Shown here: one piece after another, positions 23,776 to 37,088 of the stretch
How the letters are laid out: every line of letters begins with the position of its first letter
Numbering within the stretch: position 1 is the first letter of the stretch
NCBI GenBank assembly: GCA_951406725.2
Contig: OX597822.1
Location: 21,142,001 to 21,206,000, forward strand
Length of the DNA stretch: 64,000 bases
Reading direction: 5' to 3'
DNA from: Octopus vulgaris
Taxonomy: Eukaryota
Notes under the pieces: generated by a model
What the model was told of the DNA's origin: nothing
The model's input: only the letters and a program-made list of their open reading frames with translations
Database searches by the model: none
Program-made: the position numbers and the translations under genes

Positions 23776-26631
23776 TACATATATAATCAATTTTTCTATA
23801 CCACTAAATGATATAGTCAAAATAATGATAGATAAATAAAGTATCTGGCTAGAAGAACTGACACTGACGTAATCTAACATTTAATTTTATTGTTTCCTGG
23901 TCTGTTTAAAACACTAAGATTTTCAGCCTGAAATATAATTTTGTATATCAACAGAGAACAAATGTATCACACATTTCACAGAGGAATTTTTACAAGTTCC
24001 ACTTTGGATACGAAAACACGGAGGATTTGTCTCTGTATATAGCTGAGGTATGAGGGTTATATTAATCAGTAAAATGTAAGATGGAAAAACTGATAAAACT
24101 AAACTAAGTTGTTGTGGAAAAAAGTCTGTAATTCTTTTTCATCACTAAACCAACTTCATTCTGTTTGTAGTAATTAATTTCATTTACTCACTTGAGGTGG
24201 TGAAGCTGTTTAAGACAGTACAAAACCATACACAATTCTTTATTCTATCGATCAACACCTTACTATAACAAATTCAAATTCCTGTCAGTGTCGATGTAGT
24301 TGATTGAATCAATTCCAAAGACTGTCTATTTCCGCGACAGAAACACTGACCTTCACTTAATCAAAAGAAATTTCGTGATCGTGGTTTCCATTTCTATAAG
24401 CTCATTTCTGGCTGTTAGATGAAATCAAGGTGAAGTTTCGGTTGATGATCTCCCTTAACAAGGAGAGTGTGTGATAAATTAATCTAAAGAAACGGTGAAT
24501 AAAGAAATACAATGAACAAAACGACATGAAACGAAAATTCACACACCTACGAATTTCTGAGACAAAAAGAAATTAAAGAAAGACATTGATTTCGTACATA
24601 AGAGTGTCCACAATTTCTTCAGAGAAATCTAGATACAAATATAATAGAAGATATTTGACTTTTCTGAAACAACTTACAGATCAGTGGAAGTTAATTTCTC
24701 ACCCCCAAACATATGACAGGTGAAAGACACTTGGAGCAGTGAAGTGCTAGATTATGTAGTTTTCCTAATTTCATTGCTTTCAGATGTCTTCATACAGAAT
24801 CAGTGCATTGCTTTACATGAACACTGTAGAGAAATACTTTTTTGGCAAACCGAGTCTCTTAATAGGTTTATTTTTAGATACATTCGATATAACTGTTTCA
24901 TTTCAGTATCTATGTATCCATATGATGTTGGAAATGCATAAAAATCACAGCTATTGTCCCTTCCTATGATAGATGTATCGGATTTAAACATTGTAGCAAT
25001 TAACTATGGGTTATCCTTAAGAGAAATGTTGATTCTTTTGACTAAGCATGAAGGCTCTTTATTTCAGTAGCATGATACTGAAGTTCATTTTTTCTTGTTA
25101 AAAGATTTTTCCTGAGTAATGGATTAAATGAGAAAATTGAGGTACAGTTATTATCTACCAGAATGTTAATGCAGCTTCCACGTGTAGGCGCAGTTACCTC
25201 CCTTGACAGCAGCTGTTTAAACAAGCTCGCAACTAGATGGCACAAGAGTGCTTAGGTGCTGACACTAAGCCCTAGCACTTCTTTTCTTGTCAAGACGCCA
25301 GACTGTGAAGACATGACCTAGTTGGTTCTTGAATACATGCAGACAGCTAGCAAACATGAGGTAGTACACAGAAGATGAACATGGCCTCCATTCATCAAAT
25401 TCTTTACAGTATCATTCAACTTCTATAAATTTGAGACCAAGAGAAACGGTATTTAAAGTTAGAGCCTTGTTCATTGAATTCATTGTACCATGTTCCTCTA
25501 TCAAATGATATTACAGCCTTCAGAACTGAGTCATCATTAGATGGCTCCACAACCTGTGAACACCACCATCTAAAAGTGCATTTATGATGTAAATTAATTT
25601 TTCTACCACAAACGTAGCTGTGTGGTTAAGAAGTTTGAGATCACTGCAATTTTGAGTCCACTGTGGTTATATCACTTTGTCAGAAATAGGCACGAACTTC
25701 CTGGTCCAAATGGATTATATGACCTTGTCACATGGCACTCCTTTGATTGTGACGGTAGAAGTGAAAAGGCCAAGATGCGGCATATACAACATTTCAAATT
25801 GCCCAAAAAGTCTCTGTGCTATGAAATGATTAAAAGAAAGAAAGTCACCACATCAGCAACACCACCAGTAAAATATAACTGTTACAGCAGCAGCAGCAAG
25901 AGCTGCAATAACAATGCAATGCAGCACCAACAGCAGCAGTGGCAACATACAGTTGTGCCCCAAAGCAGGAACAAAAGTAGTAAGAGAGGCCACAATGATG
26001 GTAGGGCCTCCCTCATGCCAATAACAGCAAAATATTTCCTCAGACATTTCCAAAATACCTCCCAGTTTTGCCCTCCCCTCAACAAAATACAAACATGCAC
26101 TCTTGTGAAAATATACTTCTCCCTTCCTCGTCTGATCTAAGAAACATATTGGAGCATAAATGGCTACTAGATTTCATAAGACATTTAGTAGCTTTTCTTG
26201 AAAAGTCCTACTTTTTAGTGCAAGGTCGAGAATAGATAACATTTTAGACATACATTGCGATTATGTAGGGTTAGCCTATAGGGGAGTAGTGAAAACCCTT
26301 GATAATCTGCTTAAACAGCTCCATCTGTCTTACAGAAACTGACTGGGTTTCCTGAATATGCCAGTGTGAACTTAGAGCGACTGTATTGAGTCATATCTTG
26401 AGCAACCGCATAGAATCAAATCTAGGGTAAATGTTACATCAACAGAAAGAGTGTAGAATATCCATAATTCCAACCGGTTGGCTATTTCTTTTTCTTCCAG
26501 GGTTTCACCACCCCTGATGGAGAAGCCCTGGCACTACTTAAATACAGTAGTCCCCATGCATCTATGTTTTTACAGTGCAGACTCGTTAGGGTTATGTAGA
26601 TGCATCGCGACCTCTGTATTTAAATAGTACC

Positions 26632-27005
26632 AAAACCCTTACCTGAACTCCTTCCACCACTGTCTATCTCTAGCCAGTTGTGGTCATGTAGGCCCCAGGT
26701 AGCAAGTGAGACAATCTTGAAATTTTGTTTTTTGTCAGCCTCTTGATCTTGCCCATTGTCATAGTGTCTATTCCATCATCTTGATAGTCTATCTGTTGTC
26801 TTTCAGTCACGCAATGTGGTCAGCCCATCTATATTTGTTTTCTTTGGTGGTTCTTTTATGTCATTGACTGTCGTGTGCTACCACATCCAGGTGGGTGTCT
26901 TCTTACCCTGCAATGTGATACCGAGCATGACTTGGTCTGTCTCCTGTGGGCTACAATGAGGGCGTTCATGATGGTAGTGTTGAGCCATGTTTCACTGCTG
27001 TAAAA
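26632..27005 (-). mobile_element. Old RTE/RTE-X LINE ORF2 C-terminal fragment
   Basis: Minus-strand YSSETW...MLGITL...YRWADHIA*LKDNR*T...RSRG*QK...LARDRQWW, with many stops. Confidence 0.75.
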
Positions 27006-27589
27006 TTGTGATCTACTGAAGGTTGCACTTGTCATTCGTAAAGCCTACAATGACACCATTAGTGTTATATATGAGCAACAGTTGTCGGTGGTAATCATTA
27101 ATTGATAACGGTGTACTCTGAAGAGGGTGTTTGGAGTAGAATCGATTAGTTTTAACAAAGAAATAGAGAGGAAAAATAAATTAAACTGGTAATAAAGTGG
27201 ATGGTATCAGAACTTTGTACGATGAGTGTCGGAAGGGCAGAGCCGGGTGGAGTTACTGGGTCAACCTGGCTAATGGGTTTCCACCTATGCATGGTAGTTA
27301 ATCTTAAATGCATTTTCTTTTAAGAAAATTGTCTACTTTACCATTATCTCTCGTTTTAAATACTGTACATTTTGTTATTTTACGTTTATTTCGTGTTTTA
27401 TTACATTTTAAATTATCTATTGTACTGTTTTATACGTCCCCACTTTTTTGTATAACTGTCCTGTCCTACATGGATTATAAATCTAAATGTTTAACATTCA
27501 TAATATTTTATTGTATCTTTCAAGCCGTTTTGACTATTTGAGCATTATTTATTCTTATATAAATTTGTTGGACTGTTAGCCTTTCGGAC

Positions 27590-27770
27590 GAAATTCTTTG
27601 CAGTGCTTGATCCAACTATTTACATTCTGAGTTTAAATGTGAGCAATGTCAATTTTGTTATTCATCCTTTCCGGGACAATAAAATACCAGTTAAGAACTG
27701 GGTTGAGGATTTACAACTAATTCCTTCCAAATTTCAGGCTTTGATTCTATGCTGGGAAGTGTTTAAATTT
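27590..27770 (+). mobile_element. Diverged Nin-domain SINE copy
   Basis: TTACATTCTGAGTTTAAAT...TTCATCCTTTCCGGGACAATAAAATACCAGTTAAGAACTGGG. Confidence 0.6.
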
Positions 27771-29222
27771 TCACTTTGTTTTTGTTATATTGTTTAATCG
27801 AAGGGGCAACATCATTGGCCGTTTTCAGGGCCTAGGAGACCGGTAGGATGAAGTTCTACTCAGATCAGAAGCTGGGCCGAATATTTGCATCATAATGAAT
27901 TCCTGTACAGGTGCCGATGGGCCAAATGAGAGAGTTAGATAGGGAGGCAATTCAACCTGAGTCTTTTCCAGTGCGCGTGTTTAAACTCCTGTTTCTATGT
28001 TTGGCAACACAATATACCACCGAAGTCTATTTTCCTTTCACTTTTATTCCTCTCATTAAACATATTGCCACTTAATCTGTCTTAATGTATAAAACTTTTT
28101 AATGAATGATATGCTTACAAGCTTGGATTTCGTTCCTAGATCAAAGAAGAGTGCCCCTTAGACATTTAATTTTATGTTCAAAATATTTAAAATGTTTGTA
28201 CATCGAAATGATAAAACAAGAGGCTGTTTAAAAGTTGTTTTAAAAATAATTTATTAGAAGCAAAGATAAAGATATAATACTTTAACATCTCTATTTATAG
28301 CCATTATAGATTCTTAGAAGTTGCTATTAATTCATAAAAACTTACTCGGTGATATTACGAATTTAATACTTTTCGTAACGCATTGTTGCATAAAACTATA
28401 AGGAATCTCAACGCAAAAATCAATTTTTGATAATCTATATCGTAAAATGAGGCAAATTTGGAAATGTGTCCCTATATATCACTTTCCTTCTTCCATTTGT
28501 CGCTCGTTTTATTTGTTGGCTCTTGTAACAATTGTTTGGAAATACATCAAAGAGATTAATTTATAAACTCTGTTGGCATTGTATTTACCAGGAGATTATG
28601 ATTTGGTCTGACTCGTTCAGTAAATTTAGCTGAACAAAATTTTGATTGTTCAATTTCTCTATTTCATCATCGCAAATATTAATGCGAATCTATTAGTTGG
28701 AAAGATTGAAGTTTCCAATAACGCTTAATGTTTTTTTTTCCAAATATTTTTGTTGTATTTGTACAACGCATTTTATCTTATTGTCCATTATATTCTAACA
28801 CGTATTTCATGTGCGTGTCACGTGTATTTACTTTCAAATATTAGAAATATTGCCTTATAAAGTGCCTTCAGTGCATTGCAGTCGCTGTCTTTATTTTCTA
28901 AGTGACAGTAATTTTCAAGCTAGAATTATTGGCTTCTTAAGCAATTACAGATTCTAGAAAAATGTAACCCAAGGCCCAAAAGTATGATACCAAATGATCA
29001 CGTAGGTGCTTGATAAAATTTCTTATATTATTTGTGAGAGCAACTTTTCGTTTTCTTTTAGTTTTCGAACTTTAGTTGCAATAAGCATATTTCCTATTGG
29101 TATTATGAAATAAAGTGATTATCAATTGGTAACAATTTGCAAGATAAATATCCAAGATTATCACAATTAATTTATATAATTTTTTTCATTTCATATATTC
29201 GAAACTGTGGAAGATGGTAAAG

Positions 29223-29625
29223 GGATCTTTTCGGTTTGAACGGCAGTTTTTAACATAATTTCTTGGTAACTAAAAAATTTTAAACTTTGTATACTGGTAG
29301 AATGTGTTCATAAAACATCTTTTTCTCTTGGCTTTATTGAGAAAATTCTATTGTTTGTAAGATGTTTGTTGTTTTTTTTCTTCAATTTCTGCAATTTCAA
29401 CCAATTAATGACCGTCTATTGAGGTAAAAACATTATGTGCCGTATGAATATGTCCCTCATTTAAGAAACAGATTGGGTTTATTTACATTTCTGAAGAAAA
29501 AAGATACCCTTCCCCTAACCCTAAATTAGATTGAAATGCAATAGATCGATACTAGGGTCATAGTTATGGGTGACAATTTCATATGACACCGCTAGAAAAA
29601 ACTGCCGTTTAAACCAAAAAGATCT
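29223..29625. mobile_element. MITE with GGATCTTTTC termini (Merlin-like)
   Basis: TIRs GGATCTTTTCGGTTTGAACGGCAGTTTTT and AAAAACTGCCGTTTAAACCAAAAAGATCT; imperfect 8-bp flanking duplication TGGTAAAG/CCGTAAAG. Confidence 0.75.
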
Positions 29626-30144
29626 CCGTAAAGAAAATGTTAAATATAAATTTTTATCTGTGTATACTTTGAAAATATATCTGTAAAATCACGTCCATTT
29701 TGTAGTTTTAAGTCCTGATGCTTAAATCTGATGAACATAGGTACAACCCAATGGTTGTGCCGTATTCAGTGAGTGTCTTTCATCCAAAATCGTGGGTGTG
29801 TGTAGAAATCTGTAGTTATGCCCGGTTGACAATTAATTAATTAAATGAAGTGAAAGTGTTAATAAGTCTATTTGCACCAAGAATAATCACATGGGATTTA
29901 AATGTGAAATATCAAGTCTTAATATTAGAAAATCAATGTACAATATACAGTACCTCATTTACTTAATTAAGAAAAAGGCGTCTATCTCCATATGAAATTT
30001 TTTTCTAACACAAAAGTACCTTTAGAATTTTTTTTTTTAATCAGAAATCGTTAGAACTGTAATGATGTATACATAGGTGTGTGTGTAAATAGCTGGTTAG
30101 GACGCCAAAGAAAGAAAGTTAAGAAAACGATTTGAAGATGTGAA

Positions 30145-32295
30145 TTTTATATATAGAGCAAATATTGAAAAAATCCTAGTTTCCAAAAAGTTACGAGGGA
30201 AAGCTCGGATCTTGTGAATTTTCCGAAGCCTCTCCCCACCCCCTTGGAAAAGATTTTCCCCACAAATTTCTTTATAATTGTAACGTATGCTGTTTGAAAG
30301 GTATTTCTGTAAAATTTCATTGAGAAAAACCCTATTTTCCTAAAAGTTACGAGGGAAAAGCTCGGATCTTGTGAATTTTCCGAAGTCCTCTCCCCACTCC
30401 TCCCGTTGTTTTGCATGCATTTATTTTTCATATTCGTTTCCTACACATTGTTTTACACCCATTCCAGTTTTTTTGGGATGGGTGGGTGGATTTTTACTTC
30501 TGGGTCAAGATGTAAACATGAACCGAACTTTTTCATTATATATGTATGTGTGTGTTTATGTGAGGACACTAAGAATAAGCATGCCACCCCTTTGTGCTTT
30601 TTTTCCCTTTTTCTACGGATTCCGACCTTGTCTCCAACGGAGGATTCTGCATATGCAAAAAAAAAAAAAAAAAACTACTTTTAAACTTTTTAATACACCT
30701 CCTCCTTAATTTTTTAAATTTTTTTCTCCGAAATTTTACGACTAAGGTTTAAGGGTTATATATAGATGCACAAACGCACAAAACGGGGAAACTGAAACAA
30801 ATATGGACGACTTGTTCCGACCTCCCCCCCAATGGAGAACAGTTCGCAAAAATAACTCCCAATTGTTTCCCCCAAATTCTATATGCTTGGAATCTACATA
30901 GTCCAAGGTATATTTGTTGACAATTTCATTAAAAAATATCCATTTTCCTGAAAGTTAAGACGAATTGAAGTGGACTCTGATGAATTTTCCGAAAATCCTC
31001 CTCACCCCCTCCTAAAATATTTTCCTCCCAAAATTTTGTATATTCGGAATCTACATCATATAATACATATTCGTAGTATATTTCATTGCAAAATATCCAT
31101 TTTTCTGAAAATTATGACCATTCAAAGTTGGGGTGGGGCAGAAAGCCTGTGGTGAGGTGGCACCAACGGTCAATGATCTCATAATGCCACAGTCAATGGC
31201 TCTGTGAGGGAGCCATCTTTGCTCCACGTAATGATGCTGTCCAAAAAATCAATTGGGATCTCTTGCAGCTGTTGCTTCGTCAAGAACAGTTTTTCAAAGC
31301 CCTCGAGACTGTCCTTGATCAAGACCAGGCTGTAGGCTTTCCAACTGAGTTCCTGAATTCTCTACAGCTATCTGGGATGCCACCTCACCACTTAACACTT
31401 AAAACGTGGGTCCCAATCATGCTGCTCAGGAATCTGGAGCCACCTTGTCTGTGCAATGGCACCAGACTGATGGTGAAAGTGATGTGACTCCATGTCCTAG
31501 CGGAAACAATTATGACTGGAAACTATTATTCCATGGATCCCGTTAATCCCATATGACCGCCCCTTTGAACTTCAACGGTCCCAGTTCCCACTGAAACTAA
31601 GTTTCGCTATGTCAATAGACAAATCTCAAGGACAGTCGCTCAAAGTTGTTAGACTTCACCTTGCTTCTGTCATGAGCAATTATATATAGGATGTTTGCGA
31701 GTTGGAAGTCCCAACAATCTTTTCATTTATACACCAATTAAAGGACACATTCAAAACATTGTATATTTAGAAGCTCTAGATAATTAAACTGTGATTGATT
31801 TCTGGATTTGTTTCAATACATTTGTTTATGCTCACAGCATCTGGTAGATTTTTTGTTAAATGTACTTATTAACAGGAGGGGAGTGCCTGCAGGCCGGTTC
31901 TTCTCAAGTTTATTCATTTTCAGGTTCAACAGGTTTCAAATAAGTACTGACAATTGAAGGTGATTGCAAAGACAAAGAACTACATGTGTTTTTTTAAAAA
32001 CAATTTCAACAGTGAGAACATTGAATAAAACATGTTACTGACATTAACAGCTTGTATCTCAGCTAACTAGTGTTGAGAACTGCATAATCAAGGTTTCATT
32101 TTACTTAGAAATTTAAAAGGCATACTTATATTTCCTGATTTTCAAGAACCTGGGAAACGCCAGATTATTAACGTATAAAGTTGTTATCTCAGCTACAAGG
32201 AGGTAAGACCTGCTGTTTCATGTTGGAGATCTAAAAGGCACTTAAAAATTTCATTATTGTCTTTAACCCGGGCAACGCCAGGTATTTCTGGTAGT
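30145..32295 (+). mobile_element. Non-autonomous Helitron (internal ~170-bp tandem modules, helicase remnant, 3' hairpin terminus); 5' boundary uncertain
   Basis: Repeated AAAGTTAYGAS...GTGAATTTTCCGAA modules at 30.18-31.13 kb; 3' end ACCCGGGCAACGCCAGGTATTTCTGGTAGT (hairpin plus CTAG-like end) at ~32266-32295. Confidence 0.7.
31194..31787 (+). pseudogene. Helitron RepHel PIF1-like helicase C-terminal remnant
   Basis: AIFAPRND...FPTEFLNSLQLSGMPPHHLTLK...PIMLLRNL...LCNGTRL...QFPLKLSFAMSIDKSQGQSL...HEQLYIG..RV...NIVYLEAL*, with a stop and frameshifts. Confidence 0.93.
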
Positions 32296-33099
32296 ATTAC
32301 AAAATAAGAAATAATCTTCGACTTTCAGATTACATCTCCAGTTTGGAAGATAATCCATGAAATGTAGTTCTTGTCTTTTCTCACACTAAGCTCGTAGGAT
32401 TTGCCAAAAGGTTATGGGTGTGATCCTTTTACCTCTAATGAAACTATTAAAAGGGTGTCATTAATGTAAGAGAAATACTCGACACGATTATTCTAATCCC
32501 CAAAACGAAGAGATATGAAACTAAGTAATGCAATTTGCTCTGTTACTTCTCTTGGATCCAGTGAATTATTGAGTGCAGTAGTGCTACAACAGATTTACAG
32601 ATTAATAAAGAAATTTCTGTGTAGTCGCTCAACCTACGAAAAATATTAGTTAAATCTCTATTCTATCACTTTAAAAATCACTGTCTAAATAAAAGACGCG
32701 ATAGTCATGGTTGTAATATCTTTAACGAGTTGGTTGGCGTAGCTCTGGTTTTGGTATAATTATAATTCTCGGTTCCAATGAGACGTGTATAAACAATGGA
32801 AAGAAATACAAGAAAACGAGTTGCAATTAACTGCTACACTTTATTCAACCGCTAAATGAATCTGTATAGCAAACATTGGTACATCTTAAATGATATGTCT
32901 GAAGAAAATATACATATGTGTTTCTCATTCAGTTGAAACTTGACATGTGCTGGGCAGAACAAGAACAGAAAGACGTGATATGACTTTTGGGCCATACATA
33001 ACGCGCCAAGGCTACATGGAAATAATTCTCTCTCAATTCCGACTTCACTCTTATCTTCCCACCTCACTGAATTAAAGTGAGAGAAAAACCTATTTAAGC

Positions 33100-33325
33100 A
33101 TGCGGATAGGCTCCAGCGAGCAAACATAATTTTGCCGCGCTAGGCTAGTCTGTCACGTAATGAGATTGGATAGCCTGTGTAACACCAAAAGGACTCAACG
33201 ACCATCACGTGACCACTTGTAGAAAACACGCGTATGAACCAATTTCTGGGTTTTTAAGGCTAAACAGCTGAATGATAAATATACGGTGCTTCTAAAGAGC
33301 ACCTCTCCAAGAAAATGACGTCTAA
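33100..33325 (-). promoter_or_regulatory. Candidate promoter-like motif cluster
   Basis: CpG-retaining unique sequence with TCACGTGA (33205-33212), GTCACGTA (33152-33159), minus-strand CCAAT (33165-33169), ACGCGT and TGACGTC; an ATG at 33127 on the minus strand. Confidence 0.3.
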
Positions 33326-33804
33326 TTTCTGAAAAAAAAATATGAAAATGGGAAATATATCCAAAACAAATGAAGTATGCAAAAAATTAGGAAGATACCT
33401 CTATTTTTATGTATTTTATACTAAAAAAATACAACACCGAAAATGGGCACTCACTAATATAAATAAACATACCGGACGATACAAGTGGTGGTAACTTGTA
33501 TCAGATATTATTAATGATTCGAGGGGCTCGACAAAAACGCATGCAAATTCTTGATTGTTTTTAATCAGATTTTTTACTGCGCACACAGGTTAGGATTAGG
33601 GTTAGTTTTCAGTGGTGTGCACTCGCTTTACCTTCGCCCATTTTATGATGTGATACTTCCCGTTCAGGCACAAATTTTGACATAATAGTATATATTAATT
33701 ATAAACTGACTTTCAAGAAAAAGATTGTGAAAAGGTATTTTTACAATTCGCAGACGATATCGTATCAATAATATCTGAGTGGTAAAAGTAAGTTATCGTC
33801 CGAC

Positions 33805-34336
33805 ATGAATATGTCCCTCGTTTAAGAAACAGATTTGGTTTATTTACATTTGCGAAGAAAAAAAGATATCCTTCCCCCACCCCTAACCCTAAATCTAAAA
33901 TAAATTGAAATACAATAGATCGATACTAGGGTTATAATTATGGGTGACAATTTCATACGACACCGCTACGGAAAATGGGATTTTTTCTAGCGGTGTCAAA
34001 TGAAAATGTCACCCATAATTATAACCCTAGTATCGATCTATTATATTTCAATCTATTTTAGATTTAGGGTTAGGGTGGGGGATGGGTATCTTTTATTCTT
34101 CGCAAATGTAAATAAACCCAATCTGTTTCTTAAACGAGGGACATATTCATACAGCACGGAATGTTTTCACCCCAAATGGAGGTCAGCGATTGGTTAAAAT
34201 TGCCGAAATGCTCGAAACTCAATAAAGCCAAGAAAAAATGATGTTTTATAAACACATTCTACCAGTATACGAAGTTTAAAAGTGTTAAGTTAACTAGAAA
34301 TTGTGTTGAAAACTGCCGTTTAAAAGGAAAAGATCC
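33805..34336. mobile_element. Two inverted, abutting copies of the GGATCTTTTC MITE family
   Basis: 33805-33975 matches ~29444-29600 directly; 33981-34336 is the reverse complement of most of 29223-29600 and ends GAAAAGATCC. Confidence 0.85.
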
Positions 34337-35774
34337 GTAAATTCTTGAAAGAACAACTTTCTTGAAGAAAGGTAGGTATAGGGATTAGTGCAAGGTCCAT
34401 GTGTGAGACACACTATAGATGCTGAGAATAGGAAAACTAAATGGGATAGTGGAAGTTAGCATACAAAGCTGCTACTATTATAATTGGTAATAAGAAAAAC
34501 AGCCCAAGGAAATAGTACGTGTGACCGGAGTTTTGGCATGTGTTTGAGATAGGCGCCAGCTGTCAAGTATATCACTTTTATTTTTACTTAATGGATCCTA
34601 TCAAGTGGCTAACATTTTCGATAAATGCTTAACTGGCATTATTATTGTCACAATATTGTACTTGTAACATGTGCATTCGTTCTTGCAATTGTGTATACAA
34701 CGTTTAACGTTTGTCTTCCATGCTGGTATATCTGTAGGTGTACATACACGTGACTGTGTGTGTATTTACACGAGAGAGTCTTCTTTTATTGAACAATTTA
34801 ACGAATGATAGCTTACTGTTGCATATAACTGTTTAGAATCAGTACCACAGTTTATAAACTCTTTATTTTAGAACATACAGGAAAAAAAAAAAAAGGCTGT
34901 GGCATAAAACACGAGCTCTTAGGAACAGACATTTAGTGTCTCTGGTTTAAAGAATTTCAAGTTAACGGTATGTAAAACTGAACGCCTGTTTTTGTATAAA
35001 TTGCAGTACTTTTAGCCTCTTAAATTTGATGTTTAGGTATCTTTAAATGAAGTTTATATGGATGTTGAGGTATTGTTGGAGATTAAATAAATGAACAAAA
35101 CTCATAGCCATTGAAAGAGTATCAGAGAAAGATTGATCAGAGAGTTTAGCTGATGAATTGATATAGTAGGAACGAGTAGGAATTCGAGGCAGTTGAAAAC
35201 CGACCACTTTGCTGACGAACATTTATTTATTTTACTTGCTGTAATACCACAATGCAAATGGAATTTCGATAAGTTTATAAAGATGTAAAGTCAATTTATG
35301 CATTTAGTTATTACTGTTTTTTGGGGTTTTTTTTGCGAAAGATGTTAGAGAGATGCTGACTAATTTCATGGATATTTGTTTTCATTTTATCAGGATGATT
35401 AAAAGTTAATTTTGGAATAAATGCCTCAACACATTACAAAAAACGAATTTTTGAAAACTTCTTTTTGTTGAATCTTCTACCCTAAGGTTTAAAACTTCAT
35501 TCAGAGTAAAAAAAAAAATTGTTTAGATGAGAAAATTACGATTTCATACTTTGGGGAATAAAATGAAAGGAATTTAGATTTTTTTAATCTAGAATCTTAA
35601 TCTCGAATATTCAGAACGTAGAAATCCATAGTAGTTTTCAAATAAAAAGAAATTGGAGTGCTATTTATTTGGAGACTGAATAGAAAAAAGGGTGGGGCCT
35701 CTCACTATTTTTCGACAACAATTATTCTTGAAATATAAATTTGCATCTTTGTTTATATTTCATTTTGTTTTCGG

Positions 35775-37088
35775 GGATCTTTTCATTTTGAATGCCAGAT
35801 TTTTCTAGTTAACTAAATAATTTGAAACTTCGTATACTGGTAGAATGTGTCAAAAGAAAACAATAATTTCAACTAGTTTTTTTGACAAAAATGTATTTTA
35901 TAAGTTTAAACGTAGTTTAAATCTGCGAATTTTAACCAATCGTATTGTCTGTTTTCATTTGAAATTATTAGCTGCATGGTGTTACTGTGACGTAGACAGC
36001 TATTTTGTGAGTGGGTAAGCAGTAAGCAAACAGCTGTGGTAGATGTGGTTATCTTGGCAGTGGTGGTGGTTTAGTGGTGACAGTGGATGTGTATGATGGC
36101 AGCAATTATAGTGTTGGTGTTTTTGTAGAGGTGGTGGTGGTGGCGGCAGTGGATGATGATGATAGTAGTAGTAGCATTGATTATGTTAGGATGTCTCATG
36201 GATGGTAGTGTTGAAGACATTGCAGAGTGTAGTGGTGGTGAAATTGGTGATTTTGAATATGATGCTGGTATTGATCTTGGGGTTGTGGTTGCAGAAGATG
36301 GTTGTGGTGGTGGCATTGGAGGTTGTAGTAATGGTTGTAGTGGTGGTTGTGAAGATGATTCTGATATTGATAGTCTTTGCATTGAGGTGGTGGCAGAGTC
36401 AGAGTAAATAATAAGAGCCCAGTTAACACAAGATTCTTAAATTTCGGAGATCATAAGATAGAGAGCAAGAAGTTAAAAGTTCCAATACTGGCCCAATTCC
36501 TACACCCCAGATTCTTCAACTATTTTATAAGAAAGAGGTTAATGGCAGGATAGGGATTCAGCTTAAAAATAAATTGTATAACAAAAAATACATAAATAAA
36601 TTACTGCTCCAACGATGTAATTTTAGTATGTGTGTATATGTATGTATGTGTGTGTGTGTGTGTGTGTAAGCAATGCAAACAATGGAAAATTATTTAAACA
36701 CTCATTTTATATATACTAAGACTTTCAAAAAGAATTTAGCTATTTAGGATCTGCTCAAATTTTATATATACTCCACGAAGTTTGAAAGTGTTTAGTTACG
36801 ATAAGCGGATGTTTACATTTTAGCTATTTACATGTTTACGTTAACTACGTCACAAAATAGCTGTTTACGTCACAGTAACAATATTTTTGAGAGGCAGTAA
36901 ATGATATGAAGTCGAAAGAAAGAATATCATTGGTTAAAATTCGAATTATTAAACAACGTTAAACTTAGAAATTACAATTCCGTTTTCATGCTGGTTTACA
37001 ATTATGTTTTCTTTTGACACATTCTACCAGTATACGAAGTTTCAAATTGTTTAGTTAACTAGGAAAATCTTTCAAAATGAAAAGATCC
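35775..37088. mobile_element. 1.3-kb non-autonomous Merlin-like element with long TIRs and internal cargo
   Basis: GGATCTTTTCATTTTGAA...TTCAAAATGAAAAGATCC; 8-bp TSD GTTTTCGG/GTTTTGGG; shares ACTTCGTATACTGGTAGAATGTGT with the 29.2 and 34.2 kb MITEs. Confidence 0.85.

Noticed and set aside
25622-26140. 172-aa ORF with Q/S/N runs
   Set aside because: Starts in a decayed SINE head and runs through (CAG/CAA)-type low complexity; no recognisable domain.
29510-29525. Telomere-like CCCTAA repeats (also ~33880, 34065, 33590)
   Set aside because: Only 2-3 units, mostly internal to MITEs; not a telomeric array.
29713-29770. CTGATG/CTGATGA motifs as a hammerhead or C/D snoRNA
   Set aside because: No correctly placed GAAA and no box C/D arrangement with a terminal stem.
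31263-31487. Host PIF1 helicase gene
   Set aside because: Intronless disrupted fragment with Helitron-type motifs followed by a Helitron 3' hairpin.
36071-36429. Pro/Ser/His-rich or Gly/Cys-rich ORFs on both strands
   Set aside because: Degenerate trinucleotide low-complexity cargo inside a DNA transposon; open in several frames, no splice support.
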